DNA of 64,000 nucleotides from Geopsychrobacteraceae bacterium (lineage in GTDB: Bacteria; Desulfobacterota; Desulfuromonadia; Desulfuromonadales; Geopsychrobacteraceae), in assembly GCA_963662315.1 (NCBI GenBank), contig OY759353.1, forward strand, positions 576,001 through 640,000, in the 5' to 3' direction. Made by a program: the position numbers and the translations under genes. Position 1 is the first letter of the stretch; every line of letters starts with the position of its first letter. Below the pieces are notes generated by a model. The model was given only the letters and a program-made list of their open reading frames with translations. It did not search any database and was not told the DNA's origin. This document shows positions 1 through 9,875 of the stretch, in pieces.

Positions 1-1026
1 GATGCGCTAAACCGGGTTGAGCCTGGCTGCGGCGGGGGACGCAAGGTACGTGCCGGCTTGCCTTATCTGTTTCCCGAGTCAGGAGCAATGGCGAATGTTT
101 CTGACCAACAACTTGATGAGCCGATCGATGGTGATTTCCCCTATAATGAATATGCAGAATCGAGAGGTGTTGGTCGTTCTGAAGAACGACAGGACCTTCA
201 TCAGCGTTTAATTAAGTTGGTTAAAAAGCAGAAGCAGAAGATTGGCAAGCGTTTGTCTCGAATTGAAGACGACCTGGCCTTACAGGAAAATTCCGAAGAA
301 TACAAAATTCGCGGTGAACTGCTGCTTGCAAATTTGCATCAGCTCAAAAGAGGGATGGCTACAGTTGCTGTGGATAATTACTACTGTGACCCGCCACAAA
401 CTATTACCATTGAGTTGGACCCTGTTCTGGATGGGCAGGCGAATGCACAGCGATATTTTAAGATATTTAAGAAATATCGTCGTGGTGTGGACCATAACCT
501 GCGGCGTTTGGAAGAGTCCGAGGCAGAACTCAGGTGGCTGAATGGACTGGATTATCAATTGCACGATGCTGTAAATAAATCCGACATTGAAGACATTTCA
601 GAAGAATTGCGCCACATCGGATTGCTTAAAGATGCTGGCAGTCTGAACGCCAGACGGACAACTATCAGTAGCGAACCTAGAGAAACGACAAGCCCTTCGG
701 GGCTGATGATTATCTGGGGGCGCAATAACCGCCAGAATGATCAGGTGACTACCAGAATGGCTAAAGAGGGGGACCTCTGGTTTCATGCGCATAAAATTCC
801 TGGTTCACATGTGGTGCTGAAAACTGCGGGAGGACAGGCCCAAGAAGAGGATATTCTGTTCGCGGCAGGTATTGCCGCCGGATATTCAAAGGCGAAAACA
901 GACAATAAGGTTGAAGTTATTGAGGCTCGGGTAAGAAATGTTGAAAAAAAGAAGGGGAACCTCCCCGGACAGGTCTTTGTAAAAGACTACAAGGTCAGGC
1001 TGGTAGCGCCTTTGCGGATTGAATAA
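1..1026 (+). CDS. rqcH: NFACT family protein (RqcH/FbpA-like ribosome quality-control factor), 5'-truncated by window edge
   Basis: Frame is open from base 1. Coiled coil with NAQRYFK motif and C-terminal NFACT-R domain (GRNNRQND, DLWFHAHKIPGSHV, AAGYSK). Confidence 0.88.
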   Translation, partial: DALNRVEPGCGGGRKVRAGLPYLFPESGAMANVSDQQLDEPIDGDFPYNEYAESRGVGRSEERQDLHQRLIKLVKKQKQKIGKRLSRIEDDLALQENSEEYKIRGELLLANLHQLKRGMATVAVDNYYCDPPQTITIELDPVLDGQANAQRYFKIFKKYRRGVDHNLRRLEESEAELRWLNGLDYQLHDAVNKSDIEDISEELRHIGLLKDAGSLNARRTTISSEPRETTSPSGLMIIWGRNNRQNDQVTTRMAKEGDLWFHAHKIPGSHVVLKTAGGQAQEEDILFAAGIAAGYSKAKTDNKVEVIEARVRNVEKKKGNLPGQVFVKDYKVRLVAPLRIE

Positions 1027-1055
1027 ATGTTTTTTTTAGAAAGTAATATTTTTTG

Positions 1056-1084
1056 TTGCAATGGCAAAACCCTTTTGCTATAAA
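1056..1084 (+). promoter_or_regulatory. sigma70 promoter for tRNA-Leu
   Basis: TTGCAA-17 bp-TATAAA with TGn extended -10, 14 bp before the tRNA. Confidence 0.65.
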
Positions 1085-1098
1085 CGTCCTCGCTTCAA

Positions 1099-1185
1099 GC
1101 CGAAGTGGTGGAATTGGTAGACACGCTAGGTTCAGGGTCTAGTGCGCGTAGGCGCGTGGGAGTTCGAGTCTCCCCTTCGGCACCA
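1099..1185 (+). tRNA. tRNA-Leu(CAG)
   Basis: 87 nt cloverleaf GCCGAAG...CTTCGGC-ACCA with long variable arm, anticodon loop TT-CAG-GG, GTTCGAG T-loop and encoded CCA. Confidence 0.97.
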
Positions 1186-1194
1186 GTAAATTTT

Positions 1195-1231
1195 AAGGCC
1201 TTGCTGAGTGTAACTTTGCAGGGCCTTTTTT
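1195..1231 (+). terminator. Intrinsic terminator after tRNA-Leu
   Basis: AAGGCCTTGC...GCAGGGCC stem followed by T-tract. A second GC hairpin plus T6 lies at 1287-1319. Confidence 0.7.
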
Positions 1232-1456
1232 GTTTTTAGTGATTTTTCAAGGTACCTGTAAGCAGATCTGAATAGATGTTTTAAATAGCGGGAGCGAGCA
1301 GATGCCCCCCCGCTTTTTTGCTAGAATTACTTTATTTTTTATATCATACTTGCTAATGGTTTATCTTTCACATTAAACTCACGGTACGTGCTAAAGATTT
1401 CAAGGATTTATTCATAATATATTTATATTAATAACTTTCTTTTACAGGTGGGGGTT

Positions 1457-4087
1457 ATGCGTTATCTGATATTTATGCTGTTGTTGTTTGTTGTTTCTTG
1501 TGGCGGACAAACTAAAGAAGAAATGGTTAAGGAAGGGGATTCCTTGCTTGCTTCCGGGAACGTTCGCGGTTCGATAGTTCTATATCGCAACGCGCTGGAA
1601 AAAGATGCCAACTATTTAAATGCGCGAATAGGCCTTGCAGACGCCTACAATAAAAGCGGTCAGTATGATCGTGCTGAAAAGGAATATCAAAAAGTTATTT
1701 TGCAGGATTCATCACGAGCACAAACTCATCTTGATCTGGCTTCCGTTTATATTAATCAGAACCTTGGGGAAAAGGCCCTTCTCGAATTAGATAGTTATCA
1801 TTCCGCTAGTGCCGAAACGGTTGAATCCCTTATTCTTTATGGGCGTGCTTACGCAATCAATAAAGATCTTCCTAATGCCGAAACCTCATTGCTAAAAGCA
1901 CTAAGTAAAAACCCACAATCCGATGAAGCATATTTCTGGCTTGCTCATGTTTACCTTGCTATGGGTCAGGTAGGCAATGCAGAGGCGCAGCTCCGTAAAG
2001 CGATTTCTCAGGAGTCTCCAGAGCCTCAGGCCTATTATCTATTAAGTACAGTTCTCGCCAAGCGAGGTGAAGCTGCAGCTGCGCTAGATGTGTACAGACA
2101 ACTCATCAACAAAGATCCTAAGCAGCTAGAAGCTTATTATATGTCTGCTGTTTTGCAGATGGACCTGGGCCAAATGGAAGCTGCGTCACGGACCCTTGCT
2201 AATATGGAGACGCATTTCGCCGATCGTCCTGAGACGGCACGCTTGAAAGGTATGCTGCTTTATCGTCAGGGAAAATTTGCTGAGGCAAATATCGCTCTTG
2301 AGTCTTCGATTAAAAACCAGCCTCACATTCTCGCTTATCTTTTCAGTGGGCTATGTTACTACCAGTCTGAACAGTATGAACTGGCTCTCAATCAGTTTCA
2401 AAAGACCCTCGATATCAATCCTGAATTTCAGCGCGGTCGCATTTTGATCGCTACGACTCTTCTTAAACAGAAGCGAATTGATGATGCAATTGTTGAAATT
2501 CAGAAAGTGTTGCGTAGTGAACCCGATAACGCCTATGCGCACAATATTTTAGGCAGTGCTTATCTGGCCAAGGGGGATTATGACAAGGGGATGGCTGAAC
2601 TTGAAAATGCCTCCGAGCTGGACCCGAATCTTGCTGACGCGCACTTTAAGCGCGGTCTGTTTCATTTGGCGAAAGGCGAAGGGGCGGCTGGTGAGGCAGA
2701 CCTGATCAAAGCTGTTGAGGCGGCTCCTGAAGTGTTAAATAGCCGATTGATGCTTGTTACTCATTATATGCGTCAGAAAAATTATTCTGATGCTATCAAA
2801 ACATTGCAAGATGGTATGACCGGTGAAAAGACAGATGCCCTGCTGAATAATTATCTTGCGGCTGCTTATTTTGCCCAGAAGAAGAACAAAGCGGCAATCG
2901 AGGCATTGCTTAAAGCGCGCAAACTTGATCCTGCGTACCTGACTCCAGCTTTTAACCTTGCTTCTTACTATGCTTCTCAGTCGAAGTATGCTGATGCTCT
3001 TGCTCAATATGACAGCATCTTAAGTATTGACGCTAACAATATCCGGGCCCTGTTGGGCAAAATTGCCGTATTTAACTTGCAAGGGGACCAGTCACAAGTT
3101 CCAGCCACTTATGCAGCAATAGAAAATACTAAACAGGAACAAGGCTATTATATCTTTGCTCGTTATCTTCTTAAAGATAGTAAAGTCGATGACGCTATCG
3201 CAACGGTTGAAAAGGGTTTGCAGGGCTACCCTGACTCTGTCGCGTTGCTTGAACTCCAGGGTGGCCTTGCTTTAAGCAAAAAAGATCTGGATAAGGCTCA
3301 ACTGACCTTCGAAAAGCTTGCTACCGTTGACCCTGAGAAAGGCTACAGCTCATTGGTTCGACTTTACCTGATGAAGAAACAACCGGAGCAGGCTGACAAG
3401 TTGATTCAGGAGCTTTTACAGCAGCATAGTGACCGCGATTATCCATATCTTTTGTCTTCAGGCTTACTGATCAGTCAGCGTAAGTTGGCTGATGCTCAGA
3501 CCGTTGTGAAGCAGGGGCAGAGCCGCGTCGCTGATACATTGCGTCTTGATATGCAATTGGCCCGTATTCTCGAAGCCGATGGTAATCGTGCCCAGGCTGG
3601 ACAATTATATCAACGCATCGTCCAGAAAGCTCCGCGTTTTGCACCCGCTCACGTTGCTCTTGGCTATATAAAGGAGCAGTCAGGAGATAAATCAGCAGCC
3701 CTTGACTTGTATCGCAAGGCTGTCAGCCTCGATCAGCGTAATGTGTCGGGCTTAAATAATCTTGCCTATCTGTTGGCAGATAATTTTGGTGAAGTTAAAG
3801 AGGGTTTGGATTTTGCGCTTAAGGCCTATCGTCTTGAGCCGAGTGATCCACGTATCATGGATACTCTCGGTTATCTGTTGATACTTAATGATAAACATGC
3901 TGACGCCGTAAAGTTGCTCGCCAAGGCCCACGAAATGTTGTCAGATATCCCAACGGTTGCTCTCCATTACGGTCAAGCGCTTATGGGATCTGGCAGTAAA
4001 GCTGAGGCTAAACCAATTCTTGAGGCTGTTATTGAAAAGGGTACAGCTCAGGAGAAAAAGCTTGCTCAAGCTCTTTTGAAAAAGTAG
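1457..4087 (+). CDS. prsT: PEP-CTERM system TPR-repeat lipoprotein PrsT
   Basis: About 876 aa, all TPR, with lipobox (VVSC), heading the exosortase A/EPS locus. ATG 1457 preferred over GTG 1448. Confidence 0.9.
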   Translation: MRYLIFMLLLFVVSCGGQTKEEMVKEGDSLLASGNVRGSIVLYRNALEKDANYLNARIGLADAYNKSGQYDRAEKEYQKVILQDSSRAQTHLDLASVYINQNLGEKALLELDSYHSASAETVESLILYGRAYAINKDLPNAETSLLKALSKNPQSDEAYFWLAHVYLAMGQVGNAEAQLRKAISQESPEPQAYYLLSTVLAKRGEAAAALDVYRQLINKDPKQLEAYYMSAVLQMDLGQMEAASRTLANMETHFADRPETARLKGMLLYRQGKFAEANIALESSIKNQPHILAYLFSGLCYYQSEQYELALNQFQKTLDINPEFQRGRILIATTLLKQKRIDDAIVEIQKVLRSEPDNAYAHNILGSAYLAKGDYDKGMAELENASELDPNLADAHFKRGLFHLAKGEGAAGEADLIKAVEAAPEVLNSRLMLVTHYMRQKNYSDAIKTLQDGMTGEKTDALLNNYLAAAYFAQKKNKAAIEALLKARKLDPAYLTPAFNLASYYASQSKYADALAQYDSILSIDANNIRALLGKIAVFNLQGDQSQVPATYAAIENTKQEQGYYIFARYLLKDSKVDDAIATVEKGLQGYPDSVALLELQGGLALSKKDLDKAQLTFEKLATVDPEKGYSSLVRLYLMKKQPEQADKLIQELLQQHSDRDYPYLLSSGLLISQRKLADAQTVVKQGQSRVADTLRLDMQLARILEADGNRAQAGQLYQRIVQKAPRFAPAHVALGYIKEQSGDKSAALDLYRKAVSLDQRNVSGLNNLAYLLADNFGEVKEGLDFALKAYRLEPSDPRIMDTLGYLLILNDKHADAVKLLAKAHEMLSDIPTVALHYGQALMGSGSKAEAKPILEAVIEKGTAQEKKLAQALLKK

Positions 4088-4094
4088 GGCAGAG

Positions 4095-5456
4095 ATGATT
4101 AGACCAAAGTTTTTACTGTTCTGCCTTGATGTTTGTCTGGTCTTTTTGAGTTTACATGTTGGTAATCTTGTACGTTTTGGTGCTTGGACGGGAGCTTCTG
4201 CTGATGGTGCTCCCGATATAGTGCGCCTGCTCGTCCTCCTGCTGTTTCTTTTGCCGGCCAGCTACTTTTTTGAACTGTATGAATGGCGGAAATTTTTCGC
4301 TAAAAAATTCGTTGTTTACCGCACTCTAGCCGTAGCTTTAAGTATCTTTGTCTTCCTATCAGCCTTTCTTTTTATGGCTCCGACTCTGAATCTCGGGCGT
4401 GGTTTGCTTTTTCTCGTTTTGTTGTGTTTCTGGTTGCTGCAATTGGCCAGTCGCTGTTTGGTTTGCCGGTTTGCCAGTTCCTCTCAGTTCGCTTCACGAA
4501 CCCTGATTATTGGCTGTGGCGATCTGGCTCAGCGTATTTACGATACAATTCCCGATGATCATAATGTTCATAGCTTTGTACGCTTTGTCTCCTGTACTGA
4601 GAGTCAGCCAAGAGTCGATAAAAGTCTTGTCGTTGGTCCTATCTCTCAGATAGAAGACCTCGTCGCCAATTATAAGCCACAGCGATTGATTACTGCCTTA
4701 TCGGAACGGCGTGGTAATCTTCCTTTGCGGGAATTTATGCACACTAAATTGCGTGGTGTCGATATTATTGACGCAACCACTTTCTATGAACGGGCAACTG
4801 GCTGTTTGTTAGTGGAGCATATGCAACCCAGTGCTTTCGTTTATACTGATGGGTTCCGTATGACACCATTTATGCGTAGTTATAAGCGCTTGTATGACCT
4901 TCTTTTCTCAACCATCGGCCTGCTGTTGACGTTACCTTTTTTTCCATTTGTAGCTTTATTGATCAAGCTCGACTCGCCTGGTCCTGTCTTTTTTAAGCAG
5001 TTGCGCGTCGGTGAAGGGGAAATTGAGTTTTTTGTCTACAAGTTCCGGACTATGCGTCAGGATGCCGAAGCAAGAACAGGTGCCGTCTGGGCTGAAAAAG
5101 ATGATCCCAGGGTAACACGTATGGGTAAATTTATGCGCAAAACCCGGATCGATGAGATTCCTCAGCTGTATAACGTATTAAAAGGGGATATGAGTTTCAT
5201 CGGTCCCCGGCCAGAGCGTATGGCTTTTGTCGACAGGCTTAAAGAGACGATCCCTTTTTATTCCACCCGACATTTTATCAAGCCTGGTGTTACAGGATGG
5301 GCTCAGGTCTGCTATCCTTATGGGGCCTCGGACGAAGATGCTCTGGAAAAGCTGCGTTACGACCTTTTTTATATTAAGAATTATTCTATTTTTCTCGATT
5401 TCAGAATTATTGTCGATACGATTCGGGTTGTAACTTCCGGTTTTGGAGGACGTTGA
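4095..5456 (+). CDS. XrtA/PEP-CTERM system priming sugar transferase (undecaprenyl-phosphate glycosylphosphotransferase)
   Basis: N-terminal TM helices and C-terminal Bac_transf motifs KFRTM, DDPRVT, DEIPQL, GPRPER, KPGVTGWAQV. Confidence 0.92.
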   Translation: MIRPKFLLFCLDVCLVFLSLHVGNLVRFGAWTGASADGAPDIVRLLVLLLFLLPASYFFELYEWRKFFAKKFVVYRTLAVALSIFVFLSAFLFMAPTLNLGRGLLFLVLLCFWLLQLASRCLVCRFASSSQFASRTLIIGCGDLAQRIYDTIPDDHNVHSFVRFVSCTESQPRVDKSLVVGPISQIEDLVANYKPQRLITALSERRGNLPLREFMHTKLRGVDIIDATTFYERATGCLLVEHMQPSAFVYTDGFRMTPFMRSYKRLYDLLFSTIGLLLTLPFFPFVALLIKLDSPGPVFFKQLRVGEGEIEFFVYKFRTMRQDAEARTGAVWAEKDDPRVTRMGKFMRKTRIDEIPQLYNVLKGDMSFIGPRPERMAFVDRLKETIPFYSTRHFIKPGVTGWAQVCYPYGASDEDALEKLRYDLFYIKNYSIFLDFRIIVDTIRVVTSGFGGR

Positions 5457-6244
5457 TGCTACGTTTTTTTGTTATTTTTTCATGTTCATTTCTGCTGGTT
5501 TTCCAGGTTTGTGCCGCTGATTACATTATTGGAAAAGGTGATGGTCTTGAGGTGGCCGTGTGGGGCATTCCTGAAATGAGTCGTACGGTCACGGTTCGAC
5601 CCGATGGTAAAATTACCTTGCCCGCTGTCGGTGATGTTGTCGCTGCAGGTGTCACGCCGGAAAAACTGAGTCTGCAATTAGCTGATGCTATGAAGTCATA
5701 TGTTAAGCAGCCCATTGTGACCGTATCGGTCGAGCGCATCGTTAATAATCGCATCTATATTACCGGAGGGTTGTTGTCTCGCAGCGTAGATCTGGTGAAA
5801 GAGACCTCTCTGCTAAAACTGATGAGTGAAATCGGTAACTTGACAGCAGCCGATCTACATAATGCTTATATTCTTCGCAATAAAAAGAAAATCAGTACTG
5901 ATTTTTACGCCCTTTATTATAAGGGGGACTTGGCACAGGATCTAACCCTTCAGGCCGAAGATATCATCTTTCTTCCGAGCAATTTGCTTAATCAGGTTTA
6001 TGTGTTTGGGGCGGTTAAGGCCCCTCAATCATTGCAGTATTATGATGGTATGAGGATCATGGATGCGATTTTGGCAGCAGGCGGCTTTACAGAATTTGCT
6101 AAGCAGAGCAGCGTGTATCGTATTGACAAAAATAGGCAGAAGCAGAAAATCGATCTGGAGAAATTGGTTAAGGGTAAAGATATGGATACGAATATCAATC
6201 TGGCTCCTGGTGATTATATCATTGTTGATGAAAGTATTTTCTGA
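5453..6244 (+). CDS. Polysaccharide export protein (Wza/OPX family, SLBB domains)
   Basis: Y-x-IG-x-GD...VRPDGKITLP Poly_export motif and SLBB repeats. Confidence 0.9.
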   Translation: MMLRFFVIFSCSFLLVFQVCAADYIIGKGDGLEVAVWGIPEMSRTVTVRPDGKITLPAVGDVVAAGVTPEKLSLQLADAMKSYVKQPIVTVSVERIVNNRIYITGGLLSRSVDLVKETSLLKLMSEIGNLTAADLHNAYILRNKKKISTDFYALYYKGDLAQDLTLQAEDIIFLPSNLLNQVYVFGAVKAPQSLQYYDGMRIMDAILAAGGFTEFAKQSSVYRIDKNRQKQKIDLEKLVKGKDMDTNINLAPGDYIIVDESIF

Positions 6245-6253
6245 GGATTTTTA

Positions 6254-7756
6254 ATGCAGAACCTTAAGGAATTTTTTCGCTATATCCGCGCACTGTACCG
6301 TTATCGTGTGCTTTTTTGTGTTGTTTCGCTTCTGGTGATGACTGTGATTGGAGCGGGTAGTTTTTTTATTCCTAAAAAGTACCGGGCTGACACCACGGTT
6401 TTTATTGAAAGAAATGTTATTGATAATCTGGTTAAGGGGATTGCGGTAACTCCAAGTATTGATGATCGGATCAGGGTCCTCAAATACGCTATCCTTAGCC
6501 GCGACTTGGTGACCAAAACTCTGGAAGAAGTAAACTCACCTATTTTTACAAAGGATATAGCCGAACAGCAGGAGTATATTTCAAAGCTCATCGATAGAAC
6601 GGATTTGCGCGTTCGCGGCAAAGAATTGTTTACTGTATCTATCGATGATAAATCCGCTGATTTTGCTCAGAAGTACATTAATACTCTTGTTGGTCTGTAC
6701 GTTGAGGATAACATCTCTGCCAAGCGTGAAGAGACCTACGGAGCTAACCGTTTTTTGTCTGAACAGATAGAGGTTTTTAAAGCCAAACTTGAAGCTGCTG
6801 AAGATAAAATCATCGAATTCCGCAACAAGAATGGTATTTATTTTAGCGTTGATGAAAAGTCTACACTTGGCGAGATTCGGGAATTGGAAAAACAGATCGA
6901 GCAGATTGTGCTCTCTGAGGAGACTTATCAGGCACGTAAGCGTCAGGTTAAGCAACAGTTAGAAAGTATTCCCGAGACAATTGATACAGTTAGCGAAGCA
7001 AAAGAGAACAGCCGTCTTTCCGAAATGGAGAACAGGCTGGGGACGTTATTGTTGCGTTATACCGATAATTATCCTGAGGTTGTGCGCCTGAAAGCTGAAA
7101 TCGAAGCTCTGAAACAGAAAATGACAGAGCCACAAAGTCAGGAACGGAAAGCTGAAAGTACCAAGTTTACAACTTTAAACCCCATGTATCAGGATTTGCA
7201 GGGGCAACTGTTTCAGATTGATGCAGAACTCTCTTCGTTAGGTGCGCAAAAGCTTAATTTGCAGAAATCTATTGCAAAAAAAGAGAATGAATTGCGTGAT
7301 GTTCCTACCGCAAGAAAGGAACTTGGGCTGCTGGTCCAGGAACGTGATTCAGTCAAAAAGATTTATGACGAACTGCTAGGGCGTATGAGCCAGTCCGAGG
7401 TTTCTAAGCAGATGGAGATTGGCAACAAAGCAGCGACTTTTCGTATTGTTGATCCTGCTGTTTTACCCAAGGTTCCAGTATCACCTAACATGCTAAAAAT
7501 GTTTATTCTCGCGATCGCCGGCGGCCTTGCTTGTGGCATGGGGTTAATTTTTCTGCTGGAAAATCTGGACCCCAGAATTCGTGATGTTGAAGTACTGGAA
7601 AGCAATGGTTTTGACGTGCTTGCCGTTGTGCCCAATATTGTTGATGGCGAAGTGATTCGTAAACGTAGGCTCGGCAATGTATTATTGTTTTTCTCCAGTA
7701 GTCTCTATTTCGTGTGTTTTTCCGGCGTCTTTGTTTACGTCATTTTTATAAAATAA
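6254..7756 (+). CDS. Polysaccharide chain length determinant (Wzc periplasmic/GumC-like), XrtA system
   Basis: Two TM segments flanking a long coiled coil; YTDNYPEV and FRIVDPAVLP motifs. Confidence 0.9.
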   Translation: MQNLKEFFRYIRALYRYRVLFCVVSLLVMTVIGAGSFFIPKKYRADTTVFIERNVIDNLVKGIAVTPSIDDRIRVLKYAILSRDLVTKTLEEVNSPIFTKDIAEQQEYISKLIDRTDLRVRGKELFTVSIDDKSADFAQKYINTLVGLYVEDNISAKREETYGANRFLSEQIEVFKAKLEAAEDKIIEFRNKNGIYFSVDEKSTLGEIRELEKQIEQIVLSEETYQARKRQVKQQLESIPETIDTVSEAKENSRLSEMENRLGTLLLRYTDNYPEVVRLKAEIEALKQKMTEPQSQERKAESTKFTTLNPMYQDLQGQLFQIDAELSSLGAQKLNLQKSIAKKENELRDVPTARKELGLLVQERDSVKKIYDELLGRMSQSEVSKQMEIGNKAATFRIVDPAVLPKVPVSPNMLKMFILAIAGGLACGMGLIFLLENLDPRIRDVEVLESNGFDVLAVVPNIVDGEVIRKRRLGNVLLFFSSSLYFVCFSGVFVYVIFIK

Positions 7757-7766
7757 AGGTTTTTAT

Positions 7767-8600
7767 ATGAGCCGCATCGAAGACGCATTAAAAAAAGCAG
7801 CACATCGCAAACGTACCATGACTACAGGTCTTGAAGCTGACCCGGACAGATCCGTGTTAAAGGCCCGTGTCGAACAGAAAACTCCCGTTGCTAAAGCGGC
7901 TGAATTTTTGCTTAGTGTTGCACCTATTAAAATTACAAATGCTCTTATCCCTACGGTAAAGGAAGAGAAAACTATCGCTGCAGAAGAATACAATAAACTG
8001 CGTTCCGCGATTATTGCTCTCACACGCTCCGACAAACCTCTTAACACTATGCTGGTCACCAGCACGGTTAGTGAAGAAGGGAAGTCAATGACCTCCCTTA
8101 ATCTGGCGATTGCTTTGGCTAAAGAGCAGGATCATACCGTTCTTCTGGTTGATACTGATTTGCGGCGTCCTTCGTTGCATCGCTATTTTGGCATTACTCC
8201 TGAATGTGGATTGGTTCATTGCTTGAGGGATAATCTGCCGTTGGAAAAGGCTTTAATCAAAACCGGAATCGGAAAACTGGTATTCCTTCCTGCCGGTGAA
8301 GCTCTCAGAGATCCGCTCGACTTGTTATCGTCACGCCGGATGAAAGATATCATTGGAGAGTTGAAGCAACGCTACGATGATCGTTATGTTATTTTTGATA
8401 CCCCTCCGGCTTCCCCATTTTCTGATGCCGGGGTACTAGCGGCCATGGTTGATTCAACCTTGTTCGTTGTCAGAGAGGGAAAGGCCTCCAAGAAGACCTT
8501 GCTTAAAACTCTTGAAGAATTTAAAGCAATGAATTTGTTGGGAGTAGTTTATAATGATGCGCATACTTTTATAAAGAAACAGGATTACTACTATTACTGA
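7767..8600 (+). CDS. BY-kinase (tyrosine autokinase, CpsD/CapB family)
   Basis: Walker A' (EEGKS), DTDLRRP, DTPP and a C-terminal YYYY cluster. Confidence 0.92.
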   Translation: MSRIEDALKKAAHRKRTMTTGLEADPDRSVLKARVEQKTPVAKAAEFLLSVAPIKITNALIPTVKEEKTIAAEEYNKLRSAIIALTRSDKPLNTMLVTSTVSEEGKSMTSLNLAIALAKEQDHTVLLVDTDLRRPSLHRYFGITPECGLVHCLRDNLPLEKALIKTGIGKLVFLPAGEALRDPLDLLSSRRMKDIIGELKQRYDDRYVIFDTPPASPFSDAGVLAAMVDSTLFVVREGKASKKTLLKTLEEFKAMNLLGVVYNDAHTFIKKQDYYYY

Positions 8601-9871
8601 TGGGAGTTCCAATGGGTAAGCTATCTTTTCGTAAGCTTTTTATACTCAGTTTCTTTGTTACCGCTATTATTGGATCTGTTGCGCAGACTGCCTTCGCCGC
8701 TTTTGAGTTTCATCCTCGGTTTAGCGTGTCTGAAGAGTATAATGACAATCTCTACCTGGCTGAAAATAATCAGCAGGAGGATTGGATTACCATTATCTCC
8801 CCTGGGTTTCGGTTGCTTTATGATAATCGCTCTATTGATGCGAATATTGACTATTCCTTGCGGTATAAGATTTATAAAAATAATTCTGATGATAATCAGG
8901 ATAAATTTAAAGACATTCAGCGTGCTAATGCATCGGTTCTACTGTTTGGCGGAAGACCCTTTACTCTACGCTTGAGTGAAAGAATAACAAGAGATCAGCT
9001 GGATGACAGTGAGCGTTATGCTGAATATAATGATGTGGTTAATCGCTCAACGGTTTATCGAACCTCGATTGCTCCAGAGTATCGTCAGAGTCTCGGTCAG
9101 ACCTTGACCCTAGTGCTGGGTTATACCTACAACCGTGTTGATTGGGTAGACCCTGTCGGGGATGACACCCAGGAACACATCGGCCGTGTTTCTCTGGAGA
9201 AAAATTTATCAACAGCAACGACCATCTTTGGGTCCTATGCCTACCGGGTCATGGCTTCTGATGCTCCTGAAGATGAATTCGATCGAAATGATTATTCCGT
9301 TGGTGTTCGCCAACAGCTCGGAAAGCGTATGTCGCTATCGGGTGAGTTTGGTTACAGCACTGTAGAATATGACATTGATGGTGATACTGATTCCATGACC
9401 TGGAATTTTTCTGCAGACTACCAAATGACGGCCGCAATTTTATTGCGCCTCAGTCTGTCACAGGATTTTGTTGTTTCAGCGACAAATGGATTGACTAAAA
9501 TTCATGAAGTTACTGCTGGCTTAGGTTATAAAAAAGACGCTATTGACGGGAGTGCCGATTTTTACTGGTCCAAAACGGATTATATCCGTCTTGATCGACA
9601 GGATACTGCCTATGGTGTGCGTTTTGGTATGAGTGATCAATTGTCGAATTATTTCACAGTTCATGCCAACGGTGAGCTCGAATTTGCCGAATATCAGGAG
9701 CTTGCTCGTGATGAAGATGTTTATCGCTATTCTTTGGGGACATCTTTAGATTACACTTATCGGCGCTTTCTGGTCTCTTGCGGTTATCGCTACCGTGTCA
9801 ATAATTCTGACATAGATACTAATGACTATCGAAACAATGTTGTTACTTTAAGTGGAACAGTGCGGTTTTAA
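8600..9871 (+). CDS. PEP-CTERM system-associated outer membrane beta-barrel protein
   Basis: Signal peptide, SEEYNDN motif, alternating aromatic strands, terminal Phe; typical position in the XrtA locus. Confidence 0.8.
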   Translation: MGVPMGKLSFRKLFILSFFVTAIIGSVAQTAFAAFEFHPRFSVSEEYNDNLYLAENNQQEDWITIISPGFRLLYDNRSIDANIDYSLRYKIYKNNSDDNQDKFKDIQRANASVLLFGGRPFTLRLSERITRDQLDDSERYAEYNDVVNRSTVYRTSIAPEYRQSLGQTLTLVLGYTYNRVDWVDPVGDDTQEHIGRVSLEKNLSTATTIFGSYAYRVMASDAPEDEFDRNDYSVGVRQQLGKRMSLSGEFGYSTVEYDIDGDTDSMTWNFSADYQMTAAILLRLSLSQDFVVSATNGLTKIHEVTAGLGYKKDAIDGSADFYWSKTDYIRLDRQDTAYGVRFGMSDQLSNYFTVHANGELEFAEYQELARDEDVYRYSLGTSLDYTYRRFLVSCGYRYRVNNSDIDTNDYRNNVVTLSGTVRF

Positions 9872-9875
9872 AATT

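Noticed and set aside
1099..1185. tRNA-Leu as attachment site of an integrative island carrying the EPS locus
   Set aside because: No integrase and no duplicated tRNA 3' end were seen in the window.
1320..1456. sigma54 promoter upstream of prsT
   Set aside because: No GG-N10-GC motif with correct spacing was found by eye. TGGCA...TTGC near 1062 has a 12-nt spacer and belongs to the tRNA sigma70 promoter.
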